Notes: generated by a model from the sequence alone, not told the origin. Shown: positions 1-12,953, counted from the stretch's first letter. The stretch is DNA of 64,000 nucleotides from Octopus vulgaris (GCA_951406725.2 OX597815.1:69254001-69318000), one strand, 5' to 3'. Made by a program: numbers and translations.

Positions 1-432
1 TCAGAATTTTCCCTCCAGTGTGGTATCCTAACAAGAACTAGAGATCATTCACTCCCAGTAATGTGGTACACAGTATCTACATTCTCATTGTCATGGTTCT
101 TTGCTGACTGAGCCTGTTGTACATGACCATTATTGAAAAGGTGTCAATCCTCTGTGCAACCATGTGTTTTCTGCATCAAAGTCACCAGTTTGTCCACGAT
201 TGCTGCAGGAAATACTGGTGTGCGTGGGAAATAGCAAGACCAAGCTTGTGTACATAGCATTGGAGGGCTGTTGACTTTAATAAGTTCATCTGTCCTTCAT
301 CCTGCAGATTACCCAGTCACCCTTCTCACTAAGCAAGCTAAATGGGGTTGCCATATTAGTTGCTGACGACCTCACCATGCAGCAGGTTGTACTGGATAAC
401 ATGTTGCCCAGTAACATTCACAAGTGATCTGA
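1..432 (-). mobile_element. Old, CpG-decayed copy of the element family at 858-1411
   Basis: caccatgcagcaggttgtactggataacatgttgcccagtaacattcacaagtgatctga aligns with gaccatgcaacaggttgtactgggttacatgttaccagtagcactcgaaagtgacctga (about 1354-1411). Confidence 0.65.
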
Positions 433-539
433 TACAATTTATGCATACATAGACACACATATATACATATATAAGCCCGTCCAACCCATGCTAGCATGGA
501 AAACGGACGTTACACGATGATGAGGAGGAGGAAGAAATG

Positions 540-857
540 CATACATAGAAATTTACATACATACACAAACACACATACTTACATACACATACATGCACAT
601 ATAAACGCAGATACATACATAAATACACACATATGTACTGCATGCATACATACATACATACATACATACATACATACATACATACATACATACATACATA
701 CATACATACAAATGCACATGTATACATACAAAGATGCAAACATATATACACACATACTTACATGCACACATGTACACACACATACATATATACATACACA
801 TGCACACACACTCACACATACATACATACATACATACATACATACATACATACATAC
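540..857. repeat. (ACAT)n/(AC)n microsatellite; similar tracts at 1412-1632, 2690-2915 and 10421-10580
   Basis: Direct tandem repeats; the source of the YIHT/MYVC pseudo-ORFs. Confidence 0.95.
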
Positions 858-1411
858 ATGGTGGCTGCCCCCTCGTTATCGAGTATGGCCATTGCTCGAA
901 GCTTAATCAATGTTGTTATCGTGCAATGCCTGTGCAAGAAGATATTTTTTTAAAGTGAGGAAAGGCTGTGCACTGAGTCAATTCCACTCACTAAGCAATA
1001 GCAGCCATGATCCGAAAAGAAGAACAAGTCAACATCATCGGTAACCACTGAGCCGCAGGTTTTATGTCGGAGTTATCCCAGTTATCTGAATTACCTTCTC
1101 CTAGAAGGATGCCTTAACAAAGGCTAGGAGTCCTTCACTCCCAATGGTTTAGCCGCGCGATCGGGTATTCAGTCCGATTATTTCTATGTCCCCGCGCATG
1201 ATACAGCCTTAAGACATTTATTGGATGGCCGTTGACTCTCAAGAGTTCCTCCGGCCTTTGACGGGTTTTGTTTTTCATCCCGCAGGGTGTCCAATAAACA
1301 CCCTCCTCACCAAGCAAGCTTGTTGGGGTTGCCGGTTTAGTCGACGACGACCCGACCATGCAACAGGTTGTACTGGGTTACATGTTACCAGTAGCACTCG
1401 AAAGTGACCTG
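858..1411 (-). mobile_element. Non-coding retroelement (probable non-autonomous RTE-type derivative) inserted in an (ACAT)n tract
   Basis: A ~550-bp CpG-containing segment bounded on both sides by (ACAT)n. Its ends resemble RTE 5'UTR and 3'-terminal sequence; the family assignment is from recall. Confidence 0.5.
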
Positions 1412-1634
1412 ACATACATACATACATACATACATACATACATACATACATACATACATACATACATACATACACATACACATGCATGCACACATACATG
1501 CATACACACACATACATACATACACACACACACATACATACAAACATACATGCATACATAAATACATACATGCATACATACATACATACATACATACATA
1601 CATACATACATACATACATACATACATACATAAA

Positions 1635-2180
1635 ACTTCTAGACTTGTGATAGATACATTACATCCTGCCCAGGAAGAGGATATAGCTACTAAACACCAG
1701 ATAAACAAGAGTGACAAAGATGCCATCAAACTTCCACACAGTGACAGAATATGGAAGATATCACATAAGCAACCTCCCCAAAATGTCTGAGATACTACCT
1801 GTTCCTGAGGCATCATATAATTGCAAAGACTATTTACAATGCTATATGCAGGAAGGATTGCTCTGACGTAAAGCTCAAAGATACACCAGAGCCAGCAAGT
1901 ATTCACACTTCAAAATTAAGGTATACTGGTAGAACCCTTCAATAAAAATAGCAGTTAGGTGCCAACATAACAGACGTGATATTATTTTGTGGGACAGGTA
2001 ACAAAAGTCATGCACTGTTGTAGAGGTCAGCTGTTCAGCAGGTGTGAATGTAGCATCAAAGGTCCATGAAAAAGGAAACATTTATGGTGAATTAATTGCA
2101 GAACTTACAGCTCCTGTACCCTGCGTATAAATTCTCGTTTGTACCTATTATAGATGCATTAGCCTATGTACTTTGAAATG
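1635..2180 (+). mobile_element. Degenerate RLE-type (R4/Dong-like) non-LTR retrotransposon 3' fragment
   Basis: Broken frames translate to QEEDIATK, RYYLFLRHHIIAKTIYNAICRKDC and HNRRDIILWDR...CTVVEVSCSAGVNVASKVHEKGNIYGELI...YKFSFVPII. This is a PD-(D/E)xK restriction-like endonuclease region with stops and frameshifts. Confidence 0.7.
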
Positions 2181-2884
2181 TACCACCCCCAAAGCCCCCC
2201 CCGAAAATACTGAGGTTTTCGAAGAAAGAACAAAAGAAACTGATGTAGATTCTCCAAATCCAATCTATTAGTGGCACAGAAAAGATTTGTATGACATTCG
2301 AAAGATTCCCTATTTGAGATTCTTTAGATGAATAGATTCATACACTTGCATGTGTGCATCGACAGCTCAACCAACACACTAACTCAAATACATATTTACA
2401 AACACTGGGAACCCTCTTAACTCAAGAAGTCTTCTTGCTTTGTTAGCAACTGGTTTGAACTCTCTCAAGAACTTAAATAAAACCCAAAGGAAAAACACCC
2501 ATACATACATAATAGATGTTGCTTGCTGCAATTGCCCCTGAATTACGTTAATGAAGATAAGAAAGTCTTCTGGCATTCAGGCAACACAGGGTCTATATTT
2601 TAAATATTTCATCAAGACATTATGAAATGAAATTACGGTTAGTTAAACACACATTTATTTATATTGGAAAAATATGTGTATGCATGTGTGCATAAATATG
2701 TATGGTGTGTGAGCATGTGTGTGTGTGTATATACACACATATACATATATATGCACACACATATGTAAATACATACATACATACATACATACAAACATAC
2801 ATGTATACATGCATGCATACATGCATACATACATACATACATACATACATACATACAAACATACATACATAATACATACATACA

Positions 2885-2917
<33 letters not shown>

Positions 2918-2964
2918 TTGTATTGTCAATGTATCATATGTTCGAATGAGAAGCACATTTTAAA

Positions 2965-3015
<51 letters not shown>

Positions 3016-3140
3016 GTACATGTAATATATATCATGGTTTGTATATAATATATATATATATATATACATATATGTTATATATTGTATACACACAAACACG
3101 CACAAACAACTTTTTAAACATGCACATACTTATTGATATG

Positions 3141-3207
<67 letters not shown>

Positions 3208-3620
3208 GATTATACATATGTAAATGAAGATATGTTCTCATGCAGGCATGGGCATCTGCAATCTGCATGTACATGTGCCAAATTTGTGTGCATTTTAGTA
3301 TTCGCTTAGCTCGTAGACTAACTGCCGCCATCTTAGTATTCATTTCATCATTTCCAAAAATCAGAAATCATCAAATTTTTTCTCATTTGTAATATCTGCC
3401 ATAGCAGATGTTTGTGGCAGAGACATATAGTTCAATGATTGCAACATGTGATTGAAATTTGTATTGTTAAAAAGAAATGAAAAAAGAAAAAAAATTATAA
3501 AGGAGGAATATAAAGATAGGAATAAATATGACAGTTTTAATATTTTGAGCAGATTATTGTACCATCCCTATTTCATACTAAACAACATGACATGGTCATA
3601 TATACGTAGATATACATACA

Positions 3621-3671
<51 letters not shown>

Positions 3672-3718
3672 ATGTGTGTGTGCGTGCATGTCTGTATATA
3701 TATATGTATATATATGTG

Positions 3719-3905
3719 CCATGATAGATCGTTAGCCACTACACACATTTTTTTCTCTCCTTGTTTTTTCTGTGTCCCTTTCTGTAGAAGAGCATAGGCT
3801 CGAAACGTAAAAGACTTTTTCTATTCCTGAGCGTTATACTAATACATCTGTTTGTTTTGTACAACACCTGTCTTCGTCTTTTGTTTTTTTCGTAAACTCT
3901 CCCTA
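3719..3905 (+). mobile_element. Solo pLTR/3' end of a Neptune-type Penelope-like element in a (TA)n tract
   Basis: Closely similar to 15670-15865 (the 3' end of the GIY-YIG element) and to 61620-61800; contains a hammerhead motif. Confidence 0.8.
3778..3813 (+). ncRNA. Minimal type-I hammerhead ribozyme motif (CUGUAGA core variant)
   Basis: CTTT-CTGTAGA-A-GAGC(ATAG)GCTC-GAAA-CGT-A-AAAG: stem I CTTT/AAAG, stem II GAGC/GCTC, palindromic ACGT stem III, GUA triplet. Confidence 0.65.
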
Positions 3906-3989
3906 TATATATGTATGTGTATATATGTGTATGCATATATATATACATATATACATATATGTATATATATATACATATATACATATATA

Positions 3990-4575
3990 TGTCAAGTTAA
4001 TCACAGAACTTGAGGCGATCCAACGAAGCTACACGAAGAAGATAGCCTCTGTGCAGCATATAAGCTACTGGGAAAGACTCAAGAGATTAAGACTCTATTC
4101 CTTAGAGCATAGGCGAGAAAGATATGGCATGATATACATCTGGAAGATCCTAGAAGGACTTGTCCCAAACTTTGGCATCGAGAGTTACACAAATGCTAGA
4201 ACTGGGCGCCACTGCATGGTGCCAAGGACTCCAAATTTGCCATCAAGATGTAGGAGAAGTTACTGTGATAGCCTGGGCTTCAGAGGCCCACAGCTCTTCA
4301 ATATCCTCTCGAAGAACCTGAGAGACCTGCATGGGGTGGATGCAGATGCCTTTAAAATAAAACTGGATATCTTCCTGTCAGGTGTCCCAGATGAACCAAC
4401 TTCACGGCAGGAGGTGCAGATGAGGGCAGTTGCATCGAACTCTCTCATGCACCAAATGACAATTGCTAAAAAGCATTCGTGAAGTAAAATCATGTAGCAA
4501 CACCAAATGGCGGTGCCCCAGCATGGCTACAGCTCGTGAGCTGAAACTAGATAAAAAATAAAATAAAAAATAAAA
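3990..4575 (+). mobile_element. 5'-truncated CR1-clade LINE (ORF2 C-terminus, 3'UTR and A-rich tail)
   Basis: LEAIQRSYTKKI...YWERLKRLRLYSLEHRRERYGMIYIWKIL...SLGFRGPQLFNIL...FKIKLDIFLSGVPDEP, with a stop at 4482. The 3' end ggcggtgccccagcatggctacagc...gctgaaactag is followed by an A-rich tail and flanked by (TA)n. Confidence 0.85.
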
Positions 4576-4665
4576 AAACATATATATACATATATACACA
4601 CATATATATTTGAATGTATATGTATATATGTACATGGGTATGTGTACACACACAAATATATGTAT

Positions 4666-4698
<33 letters not shown>

Positions 4699-4786
4699 TA
4701 TATATATATATAATTATAATTTATGCACGTATGTACACGACCATGTATATGTATGTATACGTTCATATATGTAAGTATTCGTATGT

Positions 4787-5277
<491 letters not shown>

Positions 5278-5760
5278 TAGGAAAAAACACCTTTTATCAA
5301 TTCAACAATGAAAAAATTAAATTATACCATATAGAAAAAAAATTACATCCTATAGAAAAAATTAAATATACGATAAAAACATATACCAATAATTAAGTAA
5401 TGTGCAAAATAATAAATAAAACGTATATATTTGGTAAAATAACTACACGTTGTTTCGAGGCTATATTTAATAAATGATAACTGTAAAATCAGTTCAATTT
5501 AAATATAGCCACTCTTCAGGTCAAAGGTAAAAATAATGAAATAATTAGATAAATAAATAAATAAATATACGTATATAATCTTGTAAAATACGAAATATCT
5601 TAACAAATATATTCTGGTGTAAATAAAAATAGAACAAAGAGGTATAAATATTTATTATATCTATAAAAATAAAATTTTAACTTTTATAAGAAAAGAATAA
5701 CAAACTATAATATATCATTACTAAAAAATAAAATACAATTGATTAAATTATTTAAAACAA
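5278..5760 (-). mobile_element. ~480-bp AT-rich hammerhead-bearing element (PLE pLTR-like) between (TA)n tracts
   Basis: Bounded by (TA)n at 5158-5271 and 5762-5892; contains a hammerhead on the minus strand. Confidence 0.6.
5440..5523 (-). ncRNA. Type-I hammerhead ribozyme motif with long stem II
   Basis: Minus strand TGAC-CTGAAGA-GTGGCTATATTTAA...TTAAATATAGCCTC-GAAA-CAACGTGT-A-GTTA. It has a 12-bp perfect helix in stem II, stem I TGAC/GTTA and a GUA triplet. Confidence 0.75.
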
Positions 5761-5776
5761 ATATATATATATATAC

Positions 5777-5904
<128 letters not shown>

Positions 5905-6639
5905 GTATGTATAAAATAGAAAATATACATTAAGTGAAAACTAAAATACTATAATTTAATCTATATACATTAAATTAAATTATTTATTAATTAATTTATT
6001 TATTTGGTGACTATTTGCTTTGTCAGCAACTGTCACCAAAATCTCAAATAAAAACTCTTTTGTTATTAATACATTTCATAAACTGATACTTCCATAAAAC
6101 TGTACTGAAACTGTTAATATTGAAATCTGTAACCAGAACAACTCATCAAGTAGAAAACGTCATCCAGTAGCAGTCGACAATTACGGATTTCCACCACGTG
6201 AGCTGAACTAACCTATGAGAAGGAGGCTTAGCCATCAGACAATAACGATCAGCCTTATTCAGAAGCCTTATCACTCAGAATCAAGCATCCGAACGATCGT
6301 GTTTTTATCACGGCTGTAAAACTTTAATAATGCGACACACATACACACATCTATATGTATCTACATACATACTTATATGTGTGTCGCTCATGCGTGCACG
6401 TACTTATATATTTCCTTGATTGGTTTTATTTAGTTTCTTTCTATTGAAGATCTGCTTGATTATATGGTTGTATAGGGAAGGGAAATATCTGCGTTTTGTG
6501 TTCTCAAATGTTCCTTTTGCAACCGATTCTTTCCTGAAATGTTCTATATTGTTTCAGATATGATTTGCGTTTATAGTTGAAAAATTATAGACATGTATTT
6601 GTTTTTCGTTCTCCATGTTCATCGATGCACATTGACATG

Positions 6640-7110
6640 CATGGATAAACTTAGGAAATCACTGCAAAGGTAAGTGGAATAAAGCTGAAATTACATTTTG
6701 GACGCTGGATTGATAAGGCTCATTATTACCGACCCATAGATACTGTTTTCCTCCAATTTCTTCCCGACAATTTTGACATCAAATGAGTAGCTCACTTCTA
6801 TGTCAGAGCAATAATACTAAGAGGAGGTGCAGATGAGGGCAGTTGCATCGAACTCTCTCATGCTCCGTTTTCATTTTTTGGTTCCACTGTTATTCTAAAG
6901 CACCATATGTTATAATGTGATCGTCTTTATTGATTTTTCTTCATTCGTGTTTTCAGAATCGCCTCAAGGAAATAATAATATTCGAGAACATTCTCTTACA
7001 GTTAACCATTATGTGTTCTGTTGCTGTTGGCCATTACGTGGATTATGTTTTCTCTTTTGATTTTGCAAAGTCTACATTTATTCGCGGACACCAGACAACT
7101 GAAGGCGTTC
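6640..7110 (-). mobile_element. Highly degenerate RLE-type LINE relic (similar to 1635-2180)
   Basis: Minus-strand fragments NKCRLCKIKRENIIHV (zinc knuckle-like) and IEVSYSFDVKIVGKKLEENSIYG...FSFIP. Confidence 0.45.
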
Positions 7111-8699
7111 AGGATGATGTGCTCCTATTTCTGGTTCTATGATTTTTGACTAGAGTATTATTAAAATTAGTGGGATATGGAGTTATATGTTTTAATTAAG
7201 AGTTTATTAAAATTTTTGAGAGGTATATAATTAATATTTAATAAATATAGGTATATAATTACATTGATGGCTGTTTGCTAGTGTGGAGGTTTATTAATTC
7301 CTGTTATTTGTGTGAGGACAGAGTAATATAAAGGGATTAATTGCTTATTCTTCTATATGTCATATATAAGAACTATCTTGACGGAATTGAGGTGGAGTTC
7401 GTTGTAGGGTGAGAAGGAGCTATATAAATAAAAGTGTATCATAGAATTATTTTGTGTTGGAAATTCATTTTATGAAATACTTAATAGATGAAGGTTGTTT
7501 TTGTGTGGATTACTCGGGTGGGTGGTCCGTAGAACGAACGATTCAATTCTGAAGGAGATAAAGTAAACTGAAAATTGATGACGTTATTAGAGCTTAGATC
7601 TCTGTAACAATATCCTCAGGAACTGGGTTACGGAAAATGGGTCCACGGGCGACAAAGACAAAGATGAAACAATGAGTCAAGGATAGGATAGAGAGGACTT
7701 TGGCGGAGTGTACGAAGGCAACACGAAACAGCAGTGCGTGAGGTGATTGTGTTAGATTCTCAACCTTGAGGATGGACATTGCTATCGATCACATTCTTAC
7801 GTTTGTTGTGAGTGAGGCTTTATGCACAAGGTCGATTTTGTTCGTAAGTTACATAGAGTTAACCTTGAAGATGAGATATTATATAATATAGATGTTTGCA
7901 AATATCTTTGAGCAATGCAAATGAAAAGTTAAGCAAAATATGTAAGGTGATATCAATAAATGACTGCAAAAAGAAATGATATCGTATTATCTCATATTAG
8001 TTGTTAATGATTCTATTATATTTCGGGAAAGACTCAACTTTTCAAATGTAAGCTATAACATAAACAAAAAGTATGTTGAGATGAAAAACATTGGTGGATT
8101 ACTGTACATACTGTGATATGATAGATTTTACTGTGCTCCATGTCATGCTTCCCGTATTATTATTTATCGTATCTATAATTTGTGGATTGTTTCAAGGATT
8201 ATGAACGGTATTCTCATTGAACCTATTGAAACACAATTTGCTAATATTTCTTTATTATTCATTTTAACGTCTTTTTTTTAATGAATAATCTCTCCTAATA
8301 ATTATTTGTAACATAGTCACAGAACCTGAAATTTTTGATGGGGGAAAGGGTTAGACGATTATGTCAGTCTCAGTGCTTGACGAGTAGTTTATTTTACCCT
8401 GGGACAGGAGAGTGATGAAAGGTAAATTTTACTTCGGTGGGATTCGAACTCAGAACGGAAAAAAAAACCCGGAAAAATAACGTCTGAACATTCTACCAGT
8501 TCACCGCCCTTAGATTGCTTGCATGTCTATTTTGTAAATATTTACTTCAACAAACGTGAAGATGAATCACCTAGTAATTTGGGGGTAGGGCTCAGAATCA
8601 TACGATTATAGTTCGATAACTGGACCTGGCGGCACATTTTGTCCTTGAGCAAGCACATCATTTCACAGTCTACTCAACTGAAAATGAGTACTGATGCTG

Positions 8700-8745
<46 letters not shown>

Positions 8746-9019
8746 AGCTGCCACATATTCGGTCACTCTCTCTCTCCCTCTTTTCGTCTCTCTCTGTTCT
8801 TGTGTGTGAGCACATTTTTCTTTATGCATATAAGAAGGGGAAGTGTTTATGTCAGCCGTGTTTAATTAATAAATTATGTCTCCTCTCTCTCTCTCTCTCT
8901 CTTTATGTATAGTTTTGAGAGAGCACGCGTGAGTGAGTGCCAAAAAGTACTTTCACTAAAATAGGTTTTATGTCCAGTCAGCCATGCCAAAATCGTTAGC
9001 GGCCAGGCATCCGCACACG

Positions 9020-9300
9020 ATCTTCTCATTCAGAGAGTATTTCAGGTCTTTCAACAATTAAACACCCTCACCCAGGTGACCCAGCCAGAGTTGATCAAGC
9101 TCCAGCGTGCGTCCACTCAATAGCTTTGCCTCTTTCATGGCTCACACTTTTTGATCTCTGTTGCGTCCACAACCAACTTTGATGGCCTCCCGCCTACCTG
9201 CCTCCGTGATGCCCAGGATGTTGTATGTAACTCTGCAGAGGGGCTGGCCTACAAACTCTTTGCATTCAACCTTGAGGAGATCACACGTTGCTTGCTATCC
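9020..9300 (-). mobile_element. Degenerate HERO/NeSL-like RLE LINE 3' end
   Basis: Minus strand QATCDLLKVECKEFVGQPLCRVTYNILGITEAGRREAIK resembles the xIEVGCRGFxGxSL..LGI...RAI C-terminus. It is followed by gatcaactctggctgggtcacctgggtgagggtgt...tgttgaaagacctgaaa, similar to HERO-type 3'UTRs (from recall). Confidence 0.5.
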
Positions 9301-9513
9301 ATTAATAACTGATCATATATATAATAAAACACAATGTGTTTCTCGTCAGTTACGCTTGTAGAGGGAGACTAAAACAACAAAGTGGGAGTGAGTGACAGGG
9401 AAAGACGCTAAATGCAGGCAAATTGTAATAAGAGGTATCGCTCTGAAGCCTTTGGTATTTTAATCAGAATAAATTGCAAATTTTTATCGTAAATTATTTT
9501 CAATTTATCAATT

Positions 9514-9567
<54 letters not shown>

Positions 9568-9613
9568 CTTATATACATATAAATACAAGGGTGTATACTA
9601 TATATGTTTGTAT

Positions 9614-9649
<36 letters not shown>

Positions 9650-9850
9650 CACTGTCTGTCTCCTTGCCTTGACATCAAGCAATGATAGTAAACGAGTGTC
9701 GCTGTCTTGCAAGCGGTGTTCTTCGTTTCCAATCTGTCATATAAACATGTAAGGCATGGTGAAATACTACTTGAAAGGGTTGGCGACAGGACGGGCATCC
9801 AGCTATACAAAATGTGCAAGATCCATTTTTATATAAATATATATATATCG

Positions 9851-9895
<45 letters not shown>

Positions 9896-10059
9896 AGAAA
9901 ATAGAAATTTTGAAGTTAATAAGAGTTTATTATCAGCAACAAATCGATCATTATCCCTTACAGTTGCTTCATTTATACACAGTGAAGTTAATTAAATATT
10001 AAATTCATATTTCTGAAGTTGTCATCATTTCATAGGTTTGCACATTAATAAAGCATCTT

Positions 10060-10091
<32 letters not shown>

Positions 10092-10785
10092 ACCTATTTT
10101 TTTTTGTTTAGATTATACAAATTATCAAGGCCATAGATGTTTTACTCTTTTTGTACAAGTCTAAACCCCTTGGTTTCTGGAGATAAGGTTGGTAAATTGT
10201 CGTACTGATGACTGGTACTGGATCAGAAACACGGATCGTCCTCTTATTTCCAGACAGTAAGACTGTCCTTTTCTTCAATGGCATGTTAGTTTTGGAGAAT
10301 CTTTCATAATCTCAAATGGAGCTGGTCTTAATTGCCATTTGGTAAGTGTGATACATCTTCTAAAGTTGAAGATAGTTCTTATAAATCAAGAATGTATGTT
10401 GCATGGTATTTGATATAACTATGTATGTATGTATGTATGTATGTATGTATGTATGTATGTATGTATGTATGTATGTATGTATGTATGTATGCATGTATGT
10501 ATGTATGTATGCATGCATGCATGCATGTATGTATGTATGTATGTATGTATGTATGTATGTATGTATGTATGTATGTATATATATATGTGTGTGCGTGTGT
10601 ACAATAAAATATATAATATAATGCAATATAATATATATAACTTTATATATATATATATATAATTTACAAGATAAGGGCAGAAGAAAAATTCTAATGCCAG
10701 ATACGCCGAAACAAAAAAATTGTCGATAACCATTAAATTTATGCGTCTCGAAACAAACTGATAGAAATCTCTAAAAAATCGTTAT

Positions 10786-10843
10786 TACCGTATTGGTCCA
10801 ATTTCGGGGTTTATTCACAAGAAATTTCCCCTCTTCAGCGGCA
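10786..10843 (-). ncRNA. Type-I hammerhead ribozyme motif (left arm of the palindrome, opposite strand)
   Basis: Reverse-complement copy of 10876-10934 with an intact core. Confidence 0.8.
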
Positions 10844-10875
10844 CATACGCGAGATATAAATGATATAAGCGTATG

Positions 10876-10934
10876 TGCCGCTGAAGAGGGGAAAATTTCT
10901 TGTGAATTAACCCCGAAATTGGACCAATACGGTA
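10876..10934 (+). ncRNA. Type-I hammerhead ribozyme motif (right arm of the palindrome)
   Basis: TGCCG-CTGAAGA-GGGG...CCCC-GAAA-TTGGACCAAT-A-CGGTA. Stem I TGCCG/CGGTA, stem II G4/C4, stem III ATTGG.CCAAT, AUA triplet. Confidence 0.8.
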
Positions 10935-11188
10935 ATAACGAATTTTTTTAGAGATTTCTATCGGTTTGTTTCGAGACGCATAAATTTAATGGTTATCGAC
11001 AAATTTTTTGTTTCGGCGTATCTGGCATTAGAATTTTTCTTCTGCCCTTATCTTGTAAATTATGTATAAATTTTACTTTTAAAGGCATTTTTTTGATATG
11101 CTGGCCATTGATAAAATTTTTTTCCGAAAAAAATTTTATCCTATATCAATTATATATATATATATTTATATATATAAAACTGAGAATG

Positions 11189-11223
<35 letters not shown>

Positions 11224-11325
11224 GTGTACAACATTGGAACTACGCAACGTAATTTCATTCAAATTTTAAACATGGACAGGACATTTAGGGTCCGGCAGTG
11301 TCATCAGTCAAGAACCGGATCATTA

Positions 11326-12042
11326 TCTTTATATATATAAAACTGAGAATGTGTCTGTCTTTCACTGTGATTCCCTAAAACTTGAGAACTACACAACCAA
11401 TTTCATTCAAATTTTACACATGCCTTACTTAGGGTCCATGTAGTTTCATGGGCAAAAAAATGTTCAACTTCTTGAGCGAGCCCATTGCAATATCATATCT
11501 TCTCCACTATTTCAGTATTACGTGTTAAAAGTGAAACAAAAATATTTCTCTATTTTATGTCAGATGCTTTCACGTTAACAATAAAAATAATAATAACAAT
11601 TGAATTATATGTAATAAGTAATAATTAAAATCAAACTAAAGTATAATATAATCGTAACATAACAAAAGTAAAAATAGCAATTGGTATAAAATTGCATCAA
11701 TAATTTGAACTTGAATAAGTGGTTTCACATGAATGGGAATAAATTAAAAATAAAATTAGCGTGCAGAAATGAAATAGTCCAGATGGATAATAAAAAATTA
11801 AATTAAAGGAAAGACTATTGTCTATAAAGTATACAATGTAGAGAAAAAAGAAGAGCTAACAATTCCAGTCTGTTATATATTTTGAGTATTGTTATCACTA
11901 GCGATATCAAGATATAACTTTGTATTTTGCATTTTATGTGTAGATGCATATATATAGATGTACATGTAATATGTACACGTATATATACACGTATATACAT
12001 GCACTAGCACTATGACCCGGCAACGACGGGTCTTTAATGCTA

Positions 12043-12043
<1 letters not shown>
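11326..12043 (+). mobile_element. Non-autonomous Helitron; a second 5' end lies at about 11160-11320
   Basis: A|TC start followed by TTTATATATATAAAACTGAGAATGTGTCTGTC; subterminal hairpin GACCCG-gcaacga-CGGGTC (12014-12032); CTAG|T end. Confidence 0.75.
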
Positions 12044-12075
<32 letters not shown>

Positions 12076-12077
<2 letters not shown>

Positions 12078-12940
12078 GGATGCGATGGGTAAATTGTTGC
12101 CATTTTATATTTTTTATTTCGTGCGTGCACATTGTTTGTTTTTGATTTTGTCGGCTACGCAGTGTAGTAGGGTCAGTTGGGCACCATCTGTGTAAAAACC
12201 ACCACCATGACGCAATTCACTCTGCCAGAAATTTGAAAACAACATGCTGTACTGCTTCTCATTCGCGATGAAAGTTCCAATGTGAACATTTCAGAGTGTT
12301 TGGATGTCATTATGAAGGCTGCAATCTGAGCACATGTATTGAGAATTATAAAAATTAAACATCCAATCAACATCATGGTGTTTGGAGTGATCACTAGTGA
12401 TGGCGATGTTATGCCTCCATTCATCTTCCCACACAGCCTCGGACTCAACACAGAGGCCTACATCAAGCGCGTGGAAGAGGTAGTGCTGCCCTGGGTCAAG
12501 AGGGTGGCTGCTCGAAGACCCTAGGTCTGGTAATAGGACTCCCACCATGCTACACAAGCAGAATAACCCAGTCATAGCTGTCAGACAATTTCTGCGACCG
12601 CATCACTTCTAACATCTGGCCACCAAACTTCCCAGATTGTAACTCCCTTGGTTATTATGTTTGGGAGCAATTGAGTGAGGGACCAATAAAATTCCTTGTA
12701 ACACCAAAGGATTATGGCAGTATTCAACAACTTAAACAAGGAGACCGTCCAGAAGAGCTGCAGGAGATTCCGAAGTCGTCTGGAGGCTGTGGTTGAAGCC
12801 AATGGCAATTATATTGAATTTACTCTTCAGTATTTCAAGATATTTTAATGAAATCCTGGTAAATTTATCTGTTACAATGAGATGCCAGTGTTATTTTCAT
12901 TTTTGCGTAATTTAGACGGCAGTTTATTCACCTCGCCCTG
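12076..12940 (+). mobile_element. Internally deleted Tc1/mariner element, maT (DD37D)-like transposase pseudogene
   Basis: KHPINIMVFGVITSDGDVMPPFIF...WPPNFPDCNSLGYYVW...SCRRFRSRLEAVVEANGNYIE with stops. Imperfect CAGG-initial TIRs, TA on the right flank. Confidence 0.8.
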
Positions 12941-12953
12941 TATTTGTGTGTAT

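Larger units (their letters stand above)
10659..11063. repeat. Near-perfect inverted repeat: arms 10659-10850 and 10869-11063, 18-nt spacer (inverted PLE pLTR)
   Basis: The arms are reverse complements with only a few substitutions and homopolymer indels. The right arm continues to about 11152 and ends in (TA)n. Confidence 0.95.

Noticed and set aside
1320-1411. Possible HDV-like ribozyme at the 5' end of the RTE-like element (minus strand)
   Set aside because: A hairpin plus a CTAA segment is present, but P1/P3/P1.1 could not be built by eye; needs a descriptor search.
7594-7779. 61-aa ORF with a GPIFR motif reminiscent of PLE ORFs
   Set aside because: Too short, with no supporting RT motifs nearby.
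9950-10040. Decayed hammerhead-like traces on the minus strand (atgatga...gaagcaactgtaaggg); similar at about 6170-6245
   Set aside because: Multiple core mismatches and no convincing stem II, so not counted as ribozymes.
10100-10420. Coding-looking segment next to the palindrome
   Set aside because: The three minus-strand frames I translated all contain stops and no recognisable domain.
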